The notes beneath the pieces were generated by a model. It worked only from the letters and a program-made list of their open reading frames with translations, was not told the DNA's origin and ran no database searches. DNA of 58,861 bases, counting the filler, from Sphacelaria rigidula (lineage: Eukaryota), in NCBI GenBank assembly GCA_964200075.2. It is 10 parts of 10 records of this genome, joined end to end, with 100 filler letters (N's around TTAATTAATTAA, not from the genome) between each part and the next. Parts side by side here need not be neighbours in the genome. Positions count along the whole stretch, not along the records: positions 11,794 to 17,589 come from CAXNAA020024400.1; positions 17,690 to 23,485 come from CAXNAA020024401.1; positions 23,586 to 29,381 come from CAXNAA020024402.1; 7 more parts are not named here. The stretch is one strand, 5' to 3'. A program made the translations under genes and the position numbers. Every line of letters starts with the position of its first letter. The first letter of the stretch is position 1. Positions 11,694 to 24,840 of this stretch are shown here, piece after piece.

Positions 11694-13523
11694 NNNNNNN
11701 NNNNNNNNNNNNNNNNNNNNNNNNNNNNNNNNNNNNNTTAATTAATTAANNNNNNNNNNNNNNNNNNNNNNNNNNNNNNNNNNNNNNNNNNNNAGCGAGT
11801 GAGCCGATAATCGAAACTGTTGCATAGAACAGAGACCAATCCCAAAATAGATCTACTGCAGTGTTTTCCCTTTTCAATATTATCGAGGGATTTTTTTGGC
11901 GTATAATTAATCATCAGCGGAAAAAACACATCGAGACGGTCATGCTCCAAGGCGTCTAATATGGTGCGAAGAGGGCAAACTTTTTCGGGAGATAAGGCTC
12001 CACATCAGCACGGATAACTGGCGCTACAGAGGTCGGGACGCGCGTATCTCGGGCGGATGGGCAAGAAGGTATGTTGCCGCGTACTTGGGAATAATTGGTT
12101 GTCCGATATGTGTACGCGTCATGTTCAGCAGGACAAGTCCGTGAAGCGATCGCCTGCTGTCGGCGTGTTCTTGCTGCGTATCATCTGTTCAAGCCTTGAG
12201 TGTGGGAAGGAGCCGGCATATACACGGAGGGTGCAGCGTGTTCCCTGCAATGCGGCGCGCTGTGCCATGCAATGCGCCATGTTACAGTAGTTTATGTCCA
12301 CAACGCACTCGTGATTTCCCGTGCGTATTCGCCGCGAGGTAAAGATGGCCTAAAGCGCACATGGGTCCCTCATGTTGCGCATGCCAGATCTGACATTGCA
12401 GTACAATTCAATCTCAAGTGTTCGCAAAAACACCCCCTCGAAGCATATGCGGTTGCGCTCATGTGACGTAGGGTTAGGTAACGCAAACCCGAGACCACAA
12501 CCTGTAGCGCGGCCTGTGCTCTAGTGACAACGATCCTTGATTCCTGCTGCACGTATCACGCGCGAGCGGTAGGCGCCGTGCGGCGTCCCATTTTTGGCGG
12601 TGCCCGCCACATGTGTTGAGAGGTGCTCTTCAAGGACAAGAGGATGCAGTCCTGCACTCGCACTGCGATGACCGCGGCATGAGCGAGTTGCACGCGAATA
12701 TACATTGTTCGATTAACGTGTATGATTCTATCGCTGTGCAGGATGAGAACGTGTCCCTGAGCGCAGCACCAGCGTCCGTGTCACTCTGCGTGACCTCTGC
12801 AGCTGCAAGTCGGACATTTTTCAATACCATACGGTGATTGACACCTCCATGATAAATGTTCAGAGGATTACTGGCGGGATAGTCCCGACATATAGACATG
12901 AACGCTTCTGTCCTGCGACCGAGCATCGCCTTCCCAATAAGCACGAATTTCTCTGCGTATCAGCGGGCGCAATCTGTCGTGTGTGTGAAGAAAGTACCAA
13001 AAGACGAGTCCGACTATTGGGGTTCCCGCCTACGATGCCGTCAATCGTTTTCGGTTCAGCAGCCGTGACTGCGCGGGCGTACCGCTATGGCAAGGCGGGC
13101 CGGGTTTAGAGGACATCATACTTACTAAAATACGCCAGTCGCCTTCCGTACTTTATTCCACCATTGGGGCCTCAACACGTGTGACGACAGGGTTACATTT
13201 CGGTGTTGATAGAACACGAGTTTGATTGGATCCATGAACGAACTTCACGATGGAGATGTGCATGACACCCCGCAACATGAATCGTTCACATCCGCTCCGA
13301 TTCGTGTAAGTACGGCTGTAGTTTTACCATTGAGGTATGAACAGGTGTGATGGCATGGAGCCATTTCGGTCCAAATAGAACTTGATTTTGATTGAATGCA
13401 TGATGGAATTCCACGCTGGAGGTTTGCATGGTCACACGGGATTTTACAAATTGGGAATGGATGTTTTATTGGAGATGAAAACCCGGAGAATTAAAATATT
13501 CGGATCAACGCCAAATCTTCAAA

Positions 13524-13773
13524 TCACGATTCCATTTCTTCACTTGCTGGTAGCAGTTGACAAGTACTACACGCCGTACAAATTTGGATCTCGATAACCG
13601 AAATGTCGGGGACTAAGATGACCAATATTGGGGGATTTGAGGGGTACGATCGAACGCCAAAATTGTTTTTTCATCTAGGATCCCGATATTTCGGTTGTTG
13701 TAATCCAATTTGTTTGGGTGTGTAGTCGTTGTCAATAGCTATTTCTCTACATGCAATAAATAAAACCATCGTG
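13524..13773. repeat. Diverged inverted repeat (~90-bp arms, ~70-bp spacer)
   Basis: ttgacaagtactacacgcc..acaaattt.gat..aaccgaaatgtcggg (13524-13612) versus the reverse complement of 13681-13773 (ttgacaacgactacacaccc..acaaattggat..aaccgaaatatcggga). Confidence 0.65.
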
Positions 13774-16700
13774 GAAAGACTAGCGCCCGCACCGTTCGTG
13801 TTCGCGTAATTACCACGAGTAGTATTTCCGCGCATCGTGCGCTTGCCTCCCAACAGTGGTCCCAGGCGTATGGTGGCATGTCGATATCATGCTCCGACAC
13901 CCGCGGCAAGGGATGGCGCTGGAGTGGTACATTCACAGACTCCGATACACCTAAAAATGAAAACACGCGAGCGGAAAAGAAATGAAGATGACAACCGTCG
14001 ACATACACAGGGAGATGCCCCCCCCCCCCCCCCCCCCCCCCGCCCCCCCAGACCAGGCGCGCACTTCTTTTTCGGTCGAGCACGAGCCCCAAAAAAAAAA
14101 AAAAAGCACGAGGAAAAAAAAAAAAATACCACACCCACAATATCCCCGCCGGCAAACCCCCCCCCCCCCCCCCCCAACGTAACCCAGATACTAGGACTTG
14201 ATTTATTTTCCGAGAAAGTATAGCGGAAAATAATAAAAGAAAATCATACCTGGCGTAGTTGTAGAGCAAGGGTGTGGGGGGCGTACAAAACTCACGAAAT
14301 TGTGTGGCAGGATATGGGGACTGCACCGCAAACCGTACCCGCAACCGGGTATGATATGAAGAGCGTAACCGGTCTCCTGGTAACGGTACGGGACGCTTAC
14401 AGAACTCTTACGATTATCGGATGAGGGTTTGAAAGTGATACCGAGTTATCAAAACTGTTGGGTACCAGTATAAATTCTCCGGGCACGGTAAATTATTACT
14501 TGATAGATTCGATGGTCGCGATCGAAGTGACCCTCCAGGGATTCGGCGGTGGTCGCATGATGAACGTCCCCAAGGCACAACAAAAGTCGAAACCGATCCT
14601 GAGAACCACTAGGAACAGCAAAAAACATAAATCAGGACGGTATAATAGACCAAGACGTGAACAAATAGAAGCATAAGCATATGAAAAGGTGGAAATTACC
14701 CGGGAAAATGCCTCGGATGTACACAAGACCGTGCCCTACAGAACACGACCGTGAAGAACCGCACGGCGACGAGATGAGGCGCGCGCGCAAGTCATGGAAA
14801 ATCGCCGCAGATGAGAGTATTTACAAAATTCCCTACAGTTGTGAGCATTGGGTCTGACATAATGAATCTTCATGCTGAAAAAATCACCGGAGTTGAAGAC
14901 GCCGTACCACTGACGTGCGCTCTTGTCACTGGGACTGGCGCAGGTATTCACGTCGGGCAGGTCCAACGTTTTACTGATTGTCCATGGGACGAAGGGCGCC
15001 GCAGGATGGCAGGCCGTGACGGTTGACGGGAGGGAGTGCGGCCGTCATGACGGGGCCGATGAAGCTATGCTGTAGTAACGCCGGTCACTCGGTGATTCTG
15101 CCGCGCAGATCTCAACGTCAGGACCCGGCGGCGAGTTTACTTGACGGCCGTGGTGAACGTGCCACGGGCCGCCCGTCAAGTGGGACGCCCGACAAATTGT
15201 TGGGTGGTATGGTGGTGGCGATTGCCACGACAGACAAGGGCAATTTGTGTGAGAGCGCCCAGAGTTGCGGGTCGCACGGTGCGACGGCATTTGTGCGGGG
15301 GTGGGGGCGGAATATAGGCGAGGGTTTTCATGTAGCGCAATGGCGCCGCCGTGCAGGGGCGTCGTTGATATTGTTGGCGCGGTGCTGCACGGTAACACTC
15401 ATCCCAGGTTGTATCAGTCATCGAGCGGTGCGATGCATTAAAGTTTTTCGGTACGCTTTCACGGCACGCAGCGGTTGGGAGATACGCGCGAGGGACGGCG
15501 GGGCGCGACAAACCTCTGCTGCGTTTTGCGACATGGGCACTCGTACGGTGTGCACGGCTCGCTACCGCCAAGCGATCGCGTGCGCACCGACGATCCCCTC
15601 TCTTTTTTTCTCTTTGATTTTCGTTGTATTCTTACCATTTTAGATAAAAAAAAATCTTCTGTTTTGGTATCGCATCTGTGTGATTTATTTTTCTTATGAT
15701 TGTTTTTGTATTTATTTATTTCGTCCCATGATCGGGTTCTTCGTCCTTTACGGCGGCAAGCGTCCGAGTGATATGCTCGTTTCACAGCGATGTCCTGATG
15801 TCGGAACGGCCTAAAATGAAAAGACAACAACAATATCTACAACTACAACGACAAATTGGGCACACGGACCGTGCTTCACCAACAATCCACATCCCCGCGA
15901 GTATACAAACACCCATCAAAATACTGATCGCCACAAACATTGGGTCCCGAGAATTGGGGGGTTATGATAATGCGAGAGGCCAAGGTTCCCCCCGGGAGCA
16001 ACGATACGGTAGGGGTGCACTTTTTCCGCAGAGTCTTGTCTGCTTCAGGGGGTCCTAACGATTGTAGGTGCACGAGAATATGGTTCCGGGCATCCCCGCT
16101 TGTAAATTCATTCGGGATATCCCTAGCACATTGAGAAATATCCATGGCGTACTCTCACGCATTTCATAACTCGTGTCCGGGATAAGATGAAGAGCTCCTG
16201 ACAATTCCAACCTCAGAAAAAAAACGTTGTGCACCCCTACCGTGGTATTACTCCCGGCCTTCGCAGGCGCTGCCTCGTGCATTTATGCCGCGATGCGAAG
16301 CGATGCCGAACCGGCCATGAAAATGCCGCCTGTACCTCGGCTGTACATTTTCCCATCACTTGGCGCCGAGGATATTAAACTTCTCCGTATTCCTGCGCCG
16401 CCGGAATAAGCGGTGAAAAGACTCGTGCGCCGTCTCTGCTTCAAATCACCCGTAACGGTAGATTGCACTGCGCAGTACTGTCGCCGCACACAATGCCGCG
16501 ACCGGCTTATGAAATATCTTACGCAAGTCAAAGCGACAGATGTCGGTCGCAATTACTGTCGTCGCGGAAGACACGCTCCACGGTGTTGCAGGGACTGCAC
16601 CAGGAGTACGGGTTGGCGTTACTGCCGCCAGATATTTTCTCACTGCCCACGCTTTCTGTTTATCCCCGCGGTATTCCGCAGTGTGCGTACCTTTGCATTT

Positions 16701-17689
16701 GCTCTGAAGATGTGTGCTCCATAGAGTATAAAAAATGTGGTCGCAATAGTAACCACTTGCGATACTGTCTGCAGTATAGTACACCTGTCGCGAGACGTTG
16801 TCGCCCAGGTGGCGAAAATTGCATACTAAGAGCAAATGAAAACGGCGTGAGGTCCGCAAAACACAGATGGCGTGCCTGTCAGGAAAGTCAATTTCTTCAC
16901 TTGAAACCATCACGTCGGAGAATATCCGGTTGATTGTGATAGAACAAAACTACAAGAACGTCCCCTATCATTCTCACGCCGCCGTGATAAGGCGAACGGT
17001 AAATCTGGCACTGTAAGAGAAGAGCCGTTGCCCTTTGCCGGAGCAGGTTCGCAGTGCTCCTCGGCTGAACACACTCTCCTCTTTGGCTACTCTGCGCGGC
17101 CCCGTCTTGCTCCACCCGGCGCCTAAACCCCAACGGAATCTGCCTCTTACATATGGAGAACCTTTATTGTTGAGCATTCCCCGTCTTGGTCCCACTCTCG
17201 ACCGCCAGGGGGCCGAGGCAGACAACAAGGCTGGGAAGATATGCCCCTAGCTTAGCACGGGTTTGATATCATCACCCTCTAGAACTGTCATTAGAAAGTG
17301 TTCTAGTTTTCGGAACAGCTTCAGCGTCGTGCAAAATCGTTGTTTCAGGCCACGCTGCGCTGAAAACGCATTGTATCGCCGCAACTGCTGCGTCGACACC
17401 TAGCTTCGGCTTCAACCCATACATACATCAACTCTCAGCTTCATCAGACGCCAGGTGTGCCGTGTTGGGGCGCCTTTTCTCCGAAAATACCGCCTCCATA
17501 ATATTGAAAAGGAATAACACTGACTGTCTGGAATGCTGTTCAAAGAGATGCTCTACAGAACTTGCGCACCGGAGACTGAAAAACGCTAGNNNNNNNNNNN
17601 NNNNNNNNNNNNNNNNNNNNNNNNNNNNNNNNNTTAATTAATTAANNNNNNNNNNNNNNNNNNNNNNNNNNNNNNNNNNNNNNNNNNNN

Positions 17690-17870
<181 letters not shown>

Positions 17871-18379
17871 GGGGAGACAAGGAAGCGGAGAGACGTGCAT
17901 GGGACAAGCACACACAGAGAGAAGGAAGACCAAGACATGAGTACGAACACAAAGACAGAGGCAGAGGTGAAGAGGAGAGCAGACGAGGGACAAAAAACAC
18001 CCACGACACGAGGAACACAAAACAAAAGAACAACTTGAGAGAGAAAGACAATCGCTTGGGATCGATTTTCCAAATCACAATGTCTGGACTACGTATGTAC
18101 ACAACACGTGACCACGTCTAAATTCACGCGTCCCCCCCCTTGTATCGATTAATCACACGACAACCCTTAAAAGGGTCGGACGACTAAAGATACGTCTGAA
18201 AATCACTTGCTTTTAGTGTGATTGGTTCATACCGTGCGAATCAATCCTTGGGCTTTGTTTTTAGTATTGCACGGCAAGTACGCGCACCTCAGGCACGTGA
18301 AATGGCGCCAAATTTGCGCAGAGACGTTATTAACCCGTGGTCAACGTTTTTATCTCATTTCGAGCATCCCGCTTGGGAT

Positions 18380-18577
18380 ACACGTTCAGGTTACGTTTCG
18401 TTTCGTTTCGTTTCGTTTGGCACGTTACAAAACATTGAAGTTCTATTGACGCTTCATTTGAAAAATTGACGTTACGTTATCCGCATGAAAAATGTTTGAC
18501 GTTCACGTTACGTTTCGGCCAAAACGTAACGTGAACGTCACGTGTAACGTTGTGGTACGTATAACGTGTAAACCCCT
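18380..18577. repeat. ACGTT/AACGT-rich subterminal-type repeats ending in ...aaacccctg (MITE/hAT-like end)
   Basis: Clusters of acgttacgtt, gtttcgtttc and inverted aacgtaacgt with a CCCCTG terminus. Confidence 0.4.
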
Positions 18578-19075
18578 GTGAATAACTAGCACACTACATA
18601 TATCACACACCCCTACAGGGCACACCTCCTGCTTCACACCCACACAGCCCACCCACTTCCAAGATATCGCTATTGCACCATCACCATCAGTTACGGACCC
18701 AGAAATCCCCAAGGTTTGTTCAGAATTCCAAGTATGCATTACACCGCAATTATCCACTCATGAAAACGCCATTCGTCGAAATTTCCTCAAAAATTCTTCC
18801 TCACGTTCGGGCCTGATCCCCGTTTCTGCATTTGACAAAACATGCCTCCACCGAGCAAATAAAAAGGAGGGGAGTTCACCCATTTTTTAAATTATCTTCC
18901 CTGCGTTGAAGACCCGTGGTTCACGAGGAAAGTCTCGGCTGTGGTCCTCAAGTTGCTTGACAGGATAAGGGTTAGGTACGGGAGAAGTGACAATAACCAG
19001 CGTTCAAATCACAGTCTCGCGGAGAAAGGGGTTTTGTCAATGTCACAGCAGTACTGCTTGTGCGATAAAAAAAAC

Positions 19076-19141
<66 letters not shown>

Positions 19142-19152
19142 AAGTGTGTGTG
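19076..19152. repeat. (GT)n(GA)n(GT)n compound microsatellite
   Basis: Read directly. Confidence 0.95.
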
Positions 19153-19250
19153 CGTAAGGAATGCCAAATGTACTGAGCTACTGAAGCATCTCTGTTTTAG
19201 CGTAAAATATTGAAAATAACCCCCCTCCCCGTCCCATTACCGAGCCTGCC

Positions 19251-19347
19251 GAGCCTGGTCAAGCAAAAATCCAGCATGCCTCGTCCCGGCTTTGTAGGGA
19301 TGCGAGGTCACTGGTCCCATGACTACGGCATGCAAGATCATGAGTAC
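19251..19347 (+). mobile_element. Family B short element, 5'-truncated copy
   Basis: Aligns with 19779-19876, ends ...gcaagatcatgagtac, and has similar C-rich flanks on both sides. Confidence 0.8.
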
Positions 19348-19717
19348 ACCCCCTCTCCTCCCCATCTCCCATCGCAGGGTTGGCGTCGGTTGGCGACAAC
19401 GCTGTAAAACACGCCACTCACTGCGTAAGCCAGGCCACCAGGTTACCGCTTTTTCTTTTTCTCACTTGCGTTTTTTTGCGGAAGCCCATGATGGTGGTCG
19501 AGTCAGATTATCTTGCACGGGGTGGAGAACGCGAACTTCGCGTAAAGGGGATGTATCGGACTACGTGTTTTTCAAGTAGCGAGATATACATGAGGGTAGT
19601 GTGTAACCCATGGGTGCCCCTGATGTGGCGATACCAAAAAATGAAGAGACTCATTCGAGGCTGATATCCGTATACACGATAATTAGTACCCTTCGGGCCG
19701 AGTATTAGTACGATGCA

Positions 19718-19876
19718 GCTGACCCATCCTGCGACCCACGGAACACATCACGGCGCTTCGCGCTTTGTGATTGATTGCGAGCCTGGTCCGGCGAAAACCC
19801 GGCGTGCGTCGTCCCGGCTTCGTGGGGATGTGAGGCCGATGACCTTTACGACAACGGCATGCAAGATCATGAGTAC
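19718..19876 (+). mobile_element. Family B short element (~160 bp, longest form)
   Basis: Aligns end to end with the reverse complement of 23032-23188. Confidence 0.85.
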
Positions 19877-19948
19877 ACCCCCCTGCCGATCCCCTCGCAC
19901 CTCCGGTGGTTTCCACCTACCCATCCTTCCATGAATCCAATCGCTCAC

Positions 19949-20089
19949 CTCTTCTTTGTCGGTGAGCTCGTTCTGCAATCGTTGAACCTCGTCCTCCAAC
20001 GCGTGTAATCTGCTGGCTTCAGCCGCCGCATCTTGACCGGAGATGCGCCGCTGTTTCTCCGCGATGCTTTCCGCCGAGACTTGTCGAAT
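19949..20089 (-). CDS. Coiled-coil protein exon (IRQVSAESIAEKQRRISGQDAAAEASRLHALEDEVQRLQNELTDKEE), third of three visible
   Basis: 141-nt phase 0/0 exon with atgcAG acceptor and GTgagc donor. Heptad-rich and in frame with exon 22058-22153. Confidence 0.85.
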
Positions 20090-22057
20090 CTGCATGAGCA
20101 CCATCCGTCATCATACCACCGAGAAAAGCAAGACACATACATACACACACACTTACGTTCGTGGGCGGATGTGATATCCATTCTTCCCCCTGCTGTTCAG
20201 TCTTCTTGTGTCACGGTTTTCGTCACCACGAGCACAATACTTCTGGAAAATGACTAATACTAGGAACAACAGCAACAGCAACAACAACAACAACAACAAC
20301 AACAACACATAAAAACATGTGCGAAGACGTGGCGAGCAACTAGTGTCATGATAAAAGTCGTGCATGCATTAACCACGACCAGGTAGTAAGTGAGGCCGTG
20401 CCTTACCCACATGAACAAAAAAAGCACAGAACGAAATGAGCGTCCGAGAGCAGCATCTCGATTGGTCCCCGCGACCATAGACCCGCCCGGCGACCAATCA
20501 ACGTGTCGCATTCGGACGCTCGTTTTCGTATCTAGCTTCTTTTCTTCTCGATAAGACAGGGCCCAAGTATCACGGATGCAGTTGGCCGTGATGAGTGAAG
20601 ACCGCTCTGAAGGGGTGGTCACGCCAGAGGCATCGACTCGTTCGTTGTCATGCACATGCCAAGGTTTTCAAGAGCCATGTTGGCCTACGATCTCCGCACT
20701 GTGTAGAAGTATGTCCCCGGCATCTAACGACCGCCAACTCGAAAAAAGCTTGGTCGGTATAAACCATCGGCATGACCCTCATCACTTAAAAAGTTCCCCG
20801 ACGAATTCTAATTTCTGCTGAATAAGACCATTCTTGACGGTTGCTATTGTTATTCGATTGATTCTGGTTTTGGGGGTGTACTCATGGGATTGTCGAGAGT
20901 CTTCGCCCAATTGGTATCCATCTCCTATTTTACTCATGGGGAACATACGTCATTTTCCAAATCTTGAGACGGTCAGCTTCTTCTCATCTCGGAACACTTA
21001 AGCACGAAGGCTTGCTACAGGATGTTGATAAGATGCTCAGCATTCACAACCGATCCTCTTCACCTATAACTTCACGATTCAGGGAAAACGCGTCTTTATT
21101 CAGCGTCCTCACTCTCTACGCAACTGCTCAGAATCGCCATTAAACCTCCGCAGTACTAGTACGCACAGCACCGGTGGCGACTGACAAACGTGTGCAGCCC
21201 TACAGTATTGGAAGACGAACATCTTCAACAGACATCTGGGATCTTCATTGAGGCTGCAATCATCTCACCCCCTGGGCTGCGGGCTTCGCCTCGGAACAGT
21301 TTTTCCGGAGGACAATCCAGGGACATGCAGGGATTTCCATCGGTGGGGAGGTGGGTTTGACGTGGGTGTGTGTGGATGGTTGTTCCGAGATCAACCGAGA
21401 AGCTTACAAAGCCAACCATGTGTGTTTACAACTTTCCTCAGAGAAATCGAAGCTAGGATGGAAGCCCAAACCGAAGGGAGTGACCGTTTTCATGACGCTA
21501 ATTGGTCAACTTCGTCACTTTGTTCCTCTACAGGACACCTGTTAAGGGTTACCAAATTTACTTCGTAGAATTGCCCTTTTTGACCGCTTGGATGATGACC
21601 ACTCAATCATAGAGAAACACAAGCAAAATGAGATCATCTTTGCTCTGTGCGTAGTCTTTGCGCCCTGCCTGGCCCCCCTCTTGTGCTGTCAGGATAGCCG
21701 CATCCTGTCCGCCGTGTTGCTGTGGCACACGAAGTAGGTACAAGTCCCCGCATACAGCAGACTGTGCGCAGTGGAGAGCTAAAACACACTGATCGTTTTC
21801 CATATATTCAGAGGGGCCCTGTGTGTTCTTTGGATACAAGTACACTCGTGCTGTATGTACAATTGTATTTACAATTGTATTTACAATTGTACAGTACAAT
21901 TGTACAGTACCGCACCTCAATGTACGGTATGTAGTGCTCTGTACTCCACTGTACCGTACAGTAGGTACGGTACGAGAATAAAGTAGTACTGTCTACGCTA
22001 GATATGTAGTGTTCCGAAAAGAGATCCGGCGCCCCGGGGGGTGTTGATCAAGCATAC

Positions 22058-22153
22058 CTCGGCTTCCCTCTGTTTCCTCCCAAGCTCCGCCTTGACCCGA
22101 TACCTTCGGTATTCCTCTCGAATACTCGCGACCTGCTTGCGTGCATCCTCCAG
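22058..22153 (-). CDS. Coiled-coil protein exon (LEDARKQVASIREEYRRYRVKAELGRKQREAE), golgin-like
   Basis: 96-nt phase 0/0 exon with ttgccAG acceptor and GTatgc donor. EEYRRYRVKA resembles the E-[FY]-x-x-Y-[KR]-V-[RK] segment of GCC185-type GRIP golgins (family assignment is inference). Confidence 0.85.
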
Positions 22154-22189
22154 CTGGCAATGAAACCAACATAGTCGCATCAAAAGGAT

Positions 22190-22270
22190 ACGGGAACGGG
22201 AACGGGGACGGGGACGGGGACGGGGACGGGGACGGGGACGGGGACGGGGACGGGGACGGGGACGGGGACG
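22190..22270. repeat. (GGGGAC)n hexanucleotide repeat, G-quadruplex-capable, intronic
   Basis: About 11 GGGGAC units preceded by GGGAAC variants. Confidence 0.95.
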
Positions 22271-22492
22271 GGGGGGTACTCATCGGGCAGGGCATGTTCA
22301 CATGAGCGGGGAACATAGTCGTCATACCTTATCTGTGAGACGAATTTCATCACTCGCTCTTCACAGACAACGGAGCAACACGCATCATACCCTGACGCGC
22401 GTGAAACAAAACAAACAGAGCACCAAGGGGGAATCTACCAGTATCTCTGCCGAGCAAGCTTCCGCTTCGGTCGGGCGAGAGAGATAATTGTC

Positions 22493-22568
<76 letters not shown>

Positions 22569-22569
22569 C
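22493..22569. repeat. (CAA)n microsatellite; a shorter one lies at ~20265-20307
   Basis: Read directly. Confidence 0.97.
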
Positions 22570-22618
22570 TGTAAAAGCAAGAAGAAAAAACAGCAGCAGC
22601 AGCAGCCCCCCGACTCAC

Positions 22619-22841
22619 AACAGTACCCGACTCATCGGGAGACAGCGACACCGGCGGGATTTTCAACGGTTCCCCAACGTTGCTGTTCAGGGCGAATTCC
22701 TGCAAGGAAGATTCATCTGCAAACCCCTTCCATCCCTGGGTAGAGTACTCATCGTCGTACTCTACCAAGAGCCACCACTTCCCGCCTTCCCGCACCCTTC
22801 TCAGCAGCTGCAATGGGGACGCCCCGGCGTGCTCATTCTCC
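22619..22841 (-). CDS. Coiled-coil protein gene, first visible exon (ENEHAGASPLQLLRRVREGGKWWLLVEYDDEYSTQGWKGFADESSLQEFALNSNVGEPLKIPPVSLSPDESGTV)
   Basis: Open frame ending in phase 0 at a perfect GTgagt donor (22618), in frame with the next exon. The acceptor is cttactAG at 22843-22842, with an alternative ttgcAG near 22808. Confidence 0.75.
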
Positions 22842-23031
22842 CTAGTAAGTCATCACAAGGACAAACAGCCACGCGAAATCATCACATCAATGATGACAAC
22901 AAAGAGTCACTGTGTCATCATTTTTCGGGAGCTTTTTGTGGTACCACAGGAGCACATGAAGCGGTTATGTGCGTGTAGGTATGAAACAGTCAGGGGTGCT
23001 GATCAGACGGAGGGCGAGGGGAGGGCGGGGG

Positions 23032-23188
23032 GTACTCATGATCTTGCATGCCGTAGTCATATAACCGTTGACCTCGCATCCCTACAAAGTTGGGACGGCG
23101 CACGCCGGGTTTCGCTGGACCAGGCTAGCAATCAATTACCAAGCGCGAAGCGCCGTGGTGTGTTCGGCGAGTCGCATGAAGGGTGAGC
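23032..23188 (-). mobile_element. Family B short element (~157 bp)
   Basis: Reverse-complement homolog of 19718-19876; abuts a G-rich tract (gagggcgagggagggcgggg). Confidence 0.85.
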
Positions 23189-23702
23189 GACATCCTGTTA
23201 AGATTGTTGGCCCGAATGGTGCTGATTATCTTACATGTAGATGACAACCTCCGATGTTGCTTCATTTTCTGGTACTGCCACTTCCACAGACAGCCACGGA
23301 TTACACTGCATCATGGGTGTCTCACCATTCCAACACCATGTACTATTATGATCCCCTTTGCGCGGACTTGAGGTTCTCCCATCCAGTACAATATGATTTA
23401 GCTCGACCACCACCATGCTTGCCGCAAAAAAAAACAGCGACCACCTGGTTGCCTAGCTTACGCAGTGAGTGGCATAGGTTACGGCNNNNNNNNNNNNNNN
23501 NNNNNNNNNNNNNNNNNNNNNNNNNNNNNTTAATTAATTAANNNNNNNNNNNNNNNNNNNNNNNNNNNNNNNNNNNNNNNNNNNNATCTTGCATTTGGAT
23601 GACAGCCAACAATGAGTTGTTTTACTCTGTGGTATTGCCACTTCGAGAGACAGCCACAGCTTTTACACTGCCTCATGGATGTTTAGCGTGGAGGGGGGGG
23701 GC

Positions 23703-23766
23703 ATACTCATTTATTCCTTGCCTTCGTCGTTTGATCATTGACCACGCATCCCTTGCGAGACGAAGC
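23703..23766 (-). mobile_element. Family A short element
   Basis: Reverse-complement match to the family A consensus, adjacent to a G run. Confidence 0.85.
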
Positions 23767-24705
23767 ACCGGTCCTACTCCTATCCTACTCCTACACCCTT
23801 CTCCTACTTGGAGGGGGCAGGGAGAAAGGGGGGTAAGACGTACGCGGACAACACTATTTACACGCGTACATTTTCCCGGGGTAATGCTTGTGACCACGGT
23901 TTTTTTATTTCCATCGTTCAAAACGTTGGGGCGGGAGTAGCGAGGAACACAATTACCATTATAGCACGATCCACGCGGGATTGTGCGACGATCAGTCACT
24001 CCGTAAGCCCAATTGAAACACCGGTACGCATCATGACGTCAAATCACGAAGCCTGGAATTTTACATCGAAACCGCAATTTGGAATTCAGAAATTTGGACA
24101 TGTAGATTGTTGAGTAGATATACTAGTGCCGCCGCGCCCCGATGGTGTGGCTGGCGTGACTAGAACCTGTTGGGGACGACGAGTAAGAGTTTGGTTCCCG
24201 TTGGATGTGAGGTTCTTCACGACACGTGTTTGATTTCCATCGTTGAAAACGTGACAACGTGAGTAGCTAAGAAAAAAATGACAAGAGAGTCGGCGCGGTG
24301 CGGGAGTGCTGGTCATGATCCAATCCGCGATTATGACAAAATGTTATGCGCGCACCGAGGGAGAGAGTCGGATAAATCTCTTGAGACCAGGGGCTCGTCC
24401 CGAGGAAGCGGAGCTTTTGAAAACATGACGGATAGGACCTTGGACTTCCCAACGATTGGGAGCTTGACCGCAGACACATCCCAGGATTTGAAAAAAAAGC
24501 ATGAGGCCAAAACAAACGTTGGCACTAGGACAGGGCGTAGACTCGAAATAAATGCCACCATGTCTTCGCCTTCTTCGACGGCTCAAAATCTAGTCACGAC
24601 AATTTCGCATCGCCACATAAATAGTGGACTCAAAAATGAAAAATGGCTTGTGCAGTTCTCCGCCTTGAAAGGGAACCTCAGTGACGCGAGCTTAGTTGTC
24701 CTTAC

Positions 24706-24840
24706 CCCCAGTGACAGCTGATCGCACGTGCCGAACAGAAGATACATGATCGGAGGAACCACGCTGGTGTACAGCCCGTACACCGGAGGAAGATTGGCCA
24801 ACAACGCGTAGCTCATTCCCATAGGAATGCACACGATACC
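24706..24840 (-). CDS. SLC26/SulP anion (sulfate-type) transporter, TM1-TM2 signature exon (GIVCIPMGMSYALLANLPPVYGLYTSVVPPIMYLLFGTCDQLSLG)
   Basis: 135-nt phase 0/0 exon (gagcAG / GTaagg). Clear SLC26 signature iP-x-gmaYa-x-La-x-lpp-x-yGLY...Y-x-lFGT-x-x-qls-x-G. Confidence 0.95.

Noticed and set aside
12057..12290. EsV-1-7-like Cys-rich repeat (CSSLECGKEPAY, CTRH)
   Set aside because: Only fragments of the pattern, in the wrong spacing, with no splice or repeat support.
13739..15833. Long ORFs (201 aa at 13739-14344, 206 aa at 15023-15643)
   Set aside because: Their length is explained by homopolymer runs and GC richness; no domain motifs or splice support.
20660..20740. Gag zinc-knuckle remnant on the minus strand (CRGHTSTQC)
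   Set aside because: The CX2C half is missing and no other retroelement motifs were recognised nearby.
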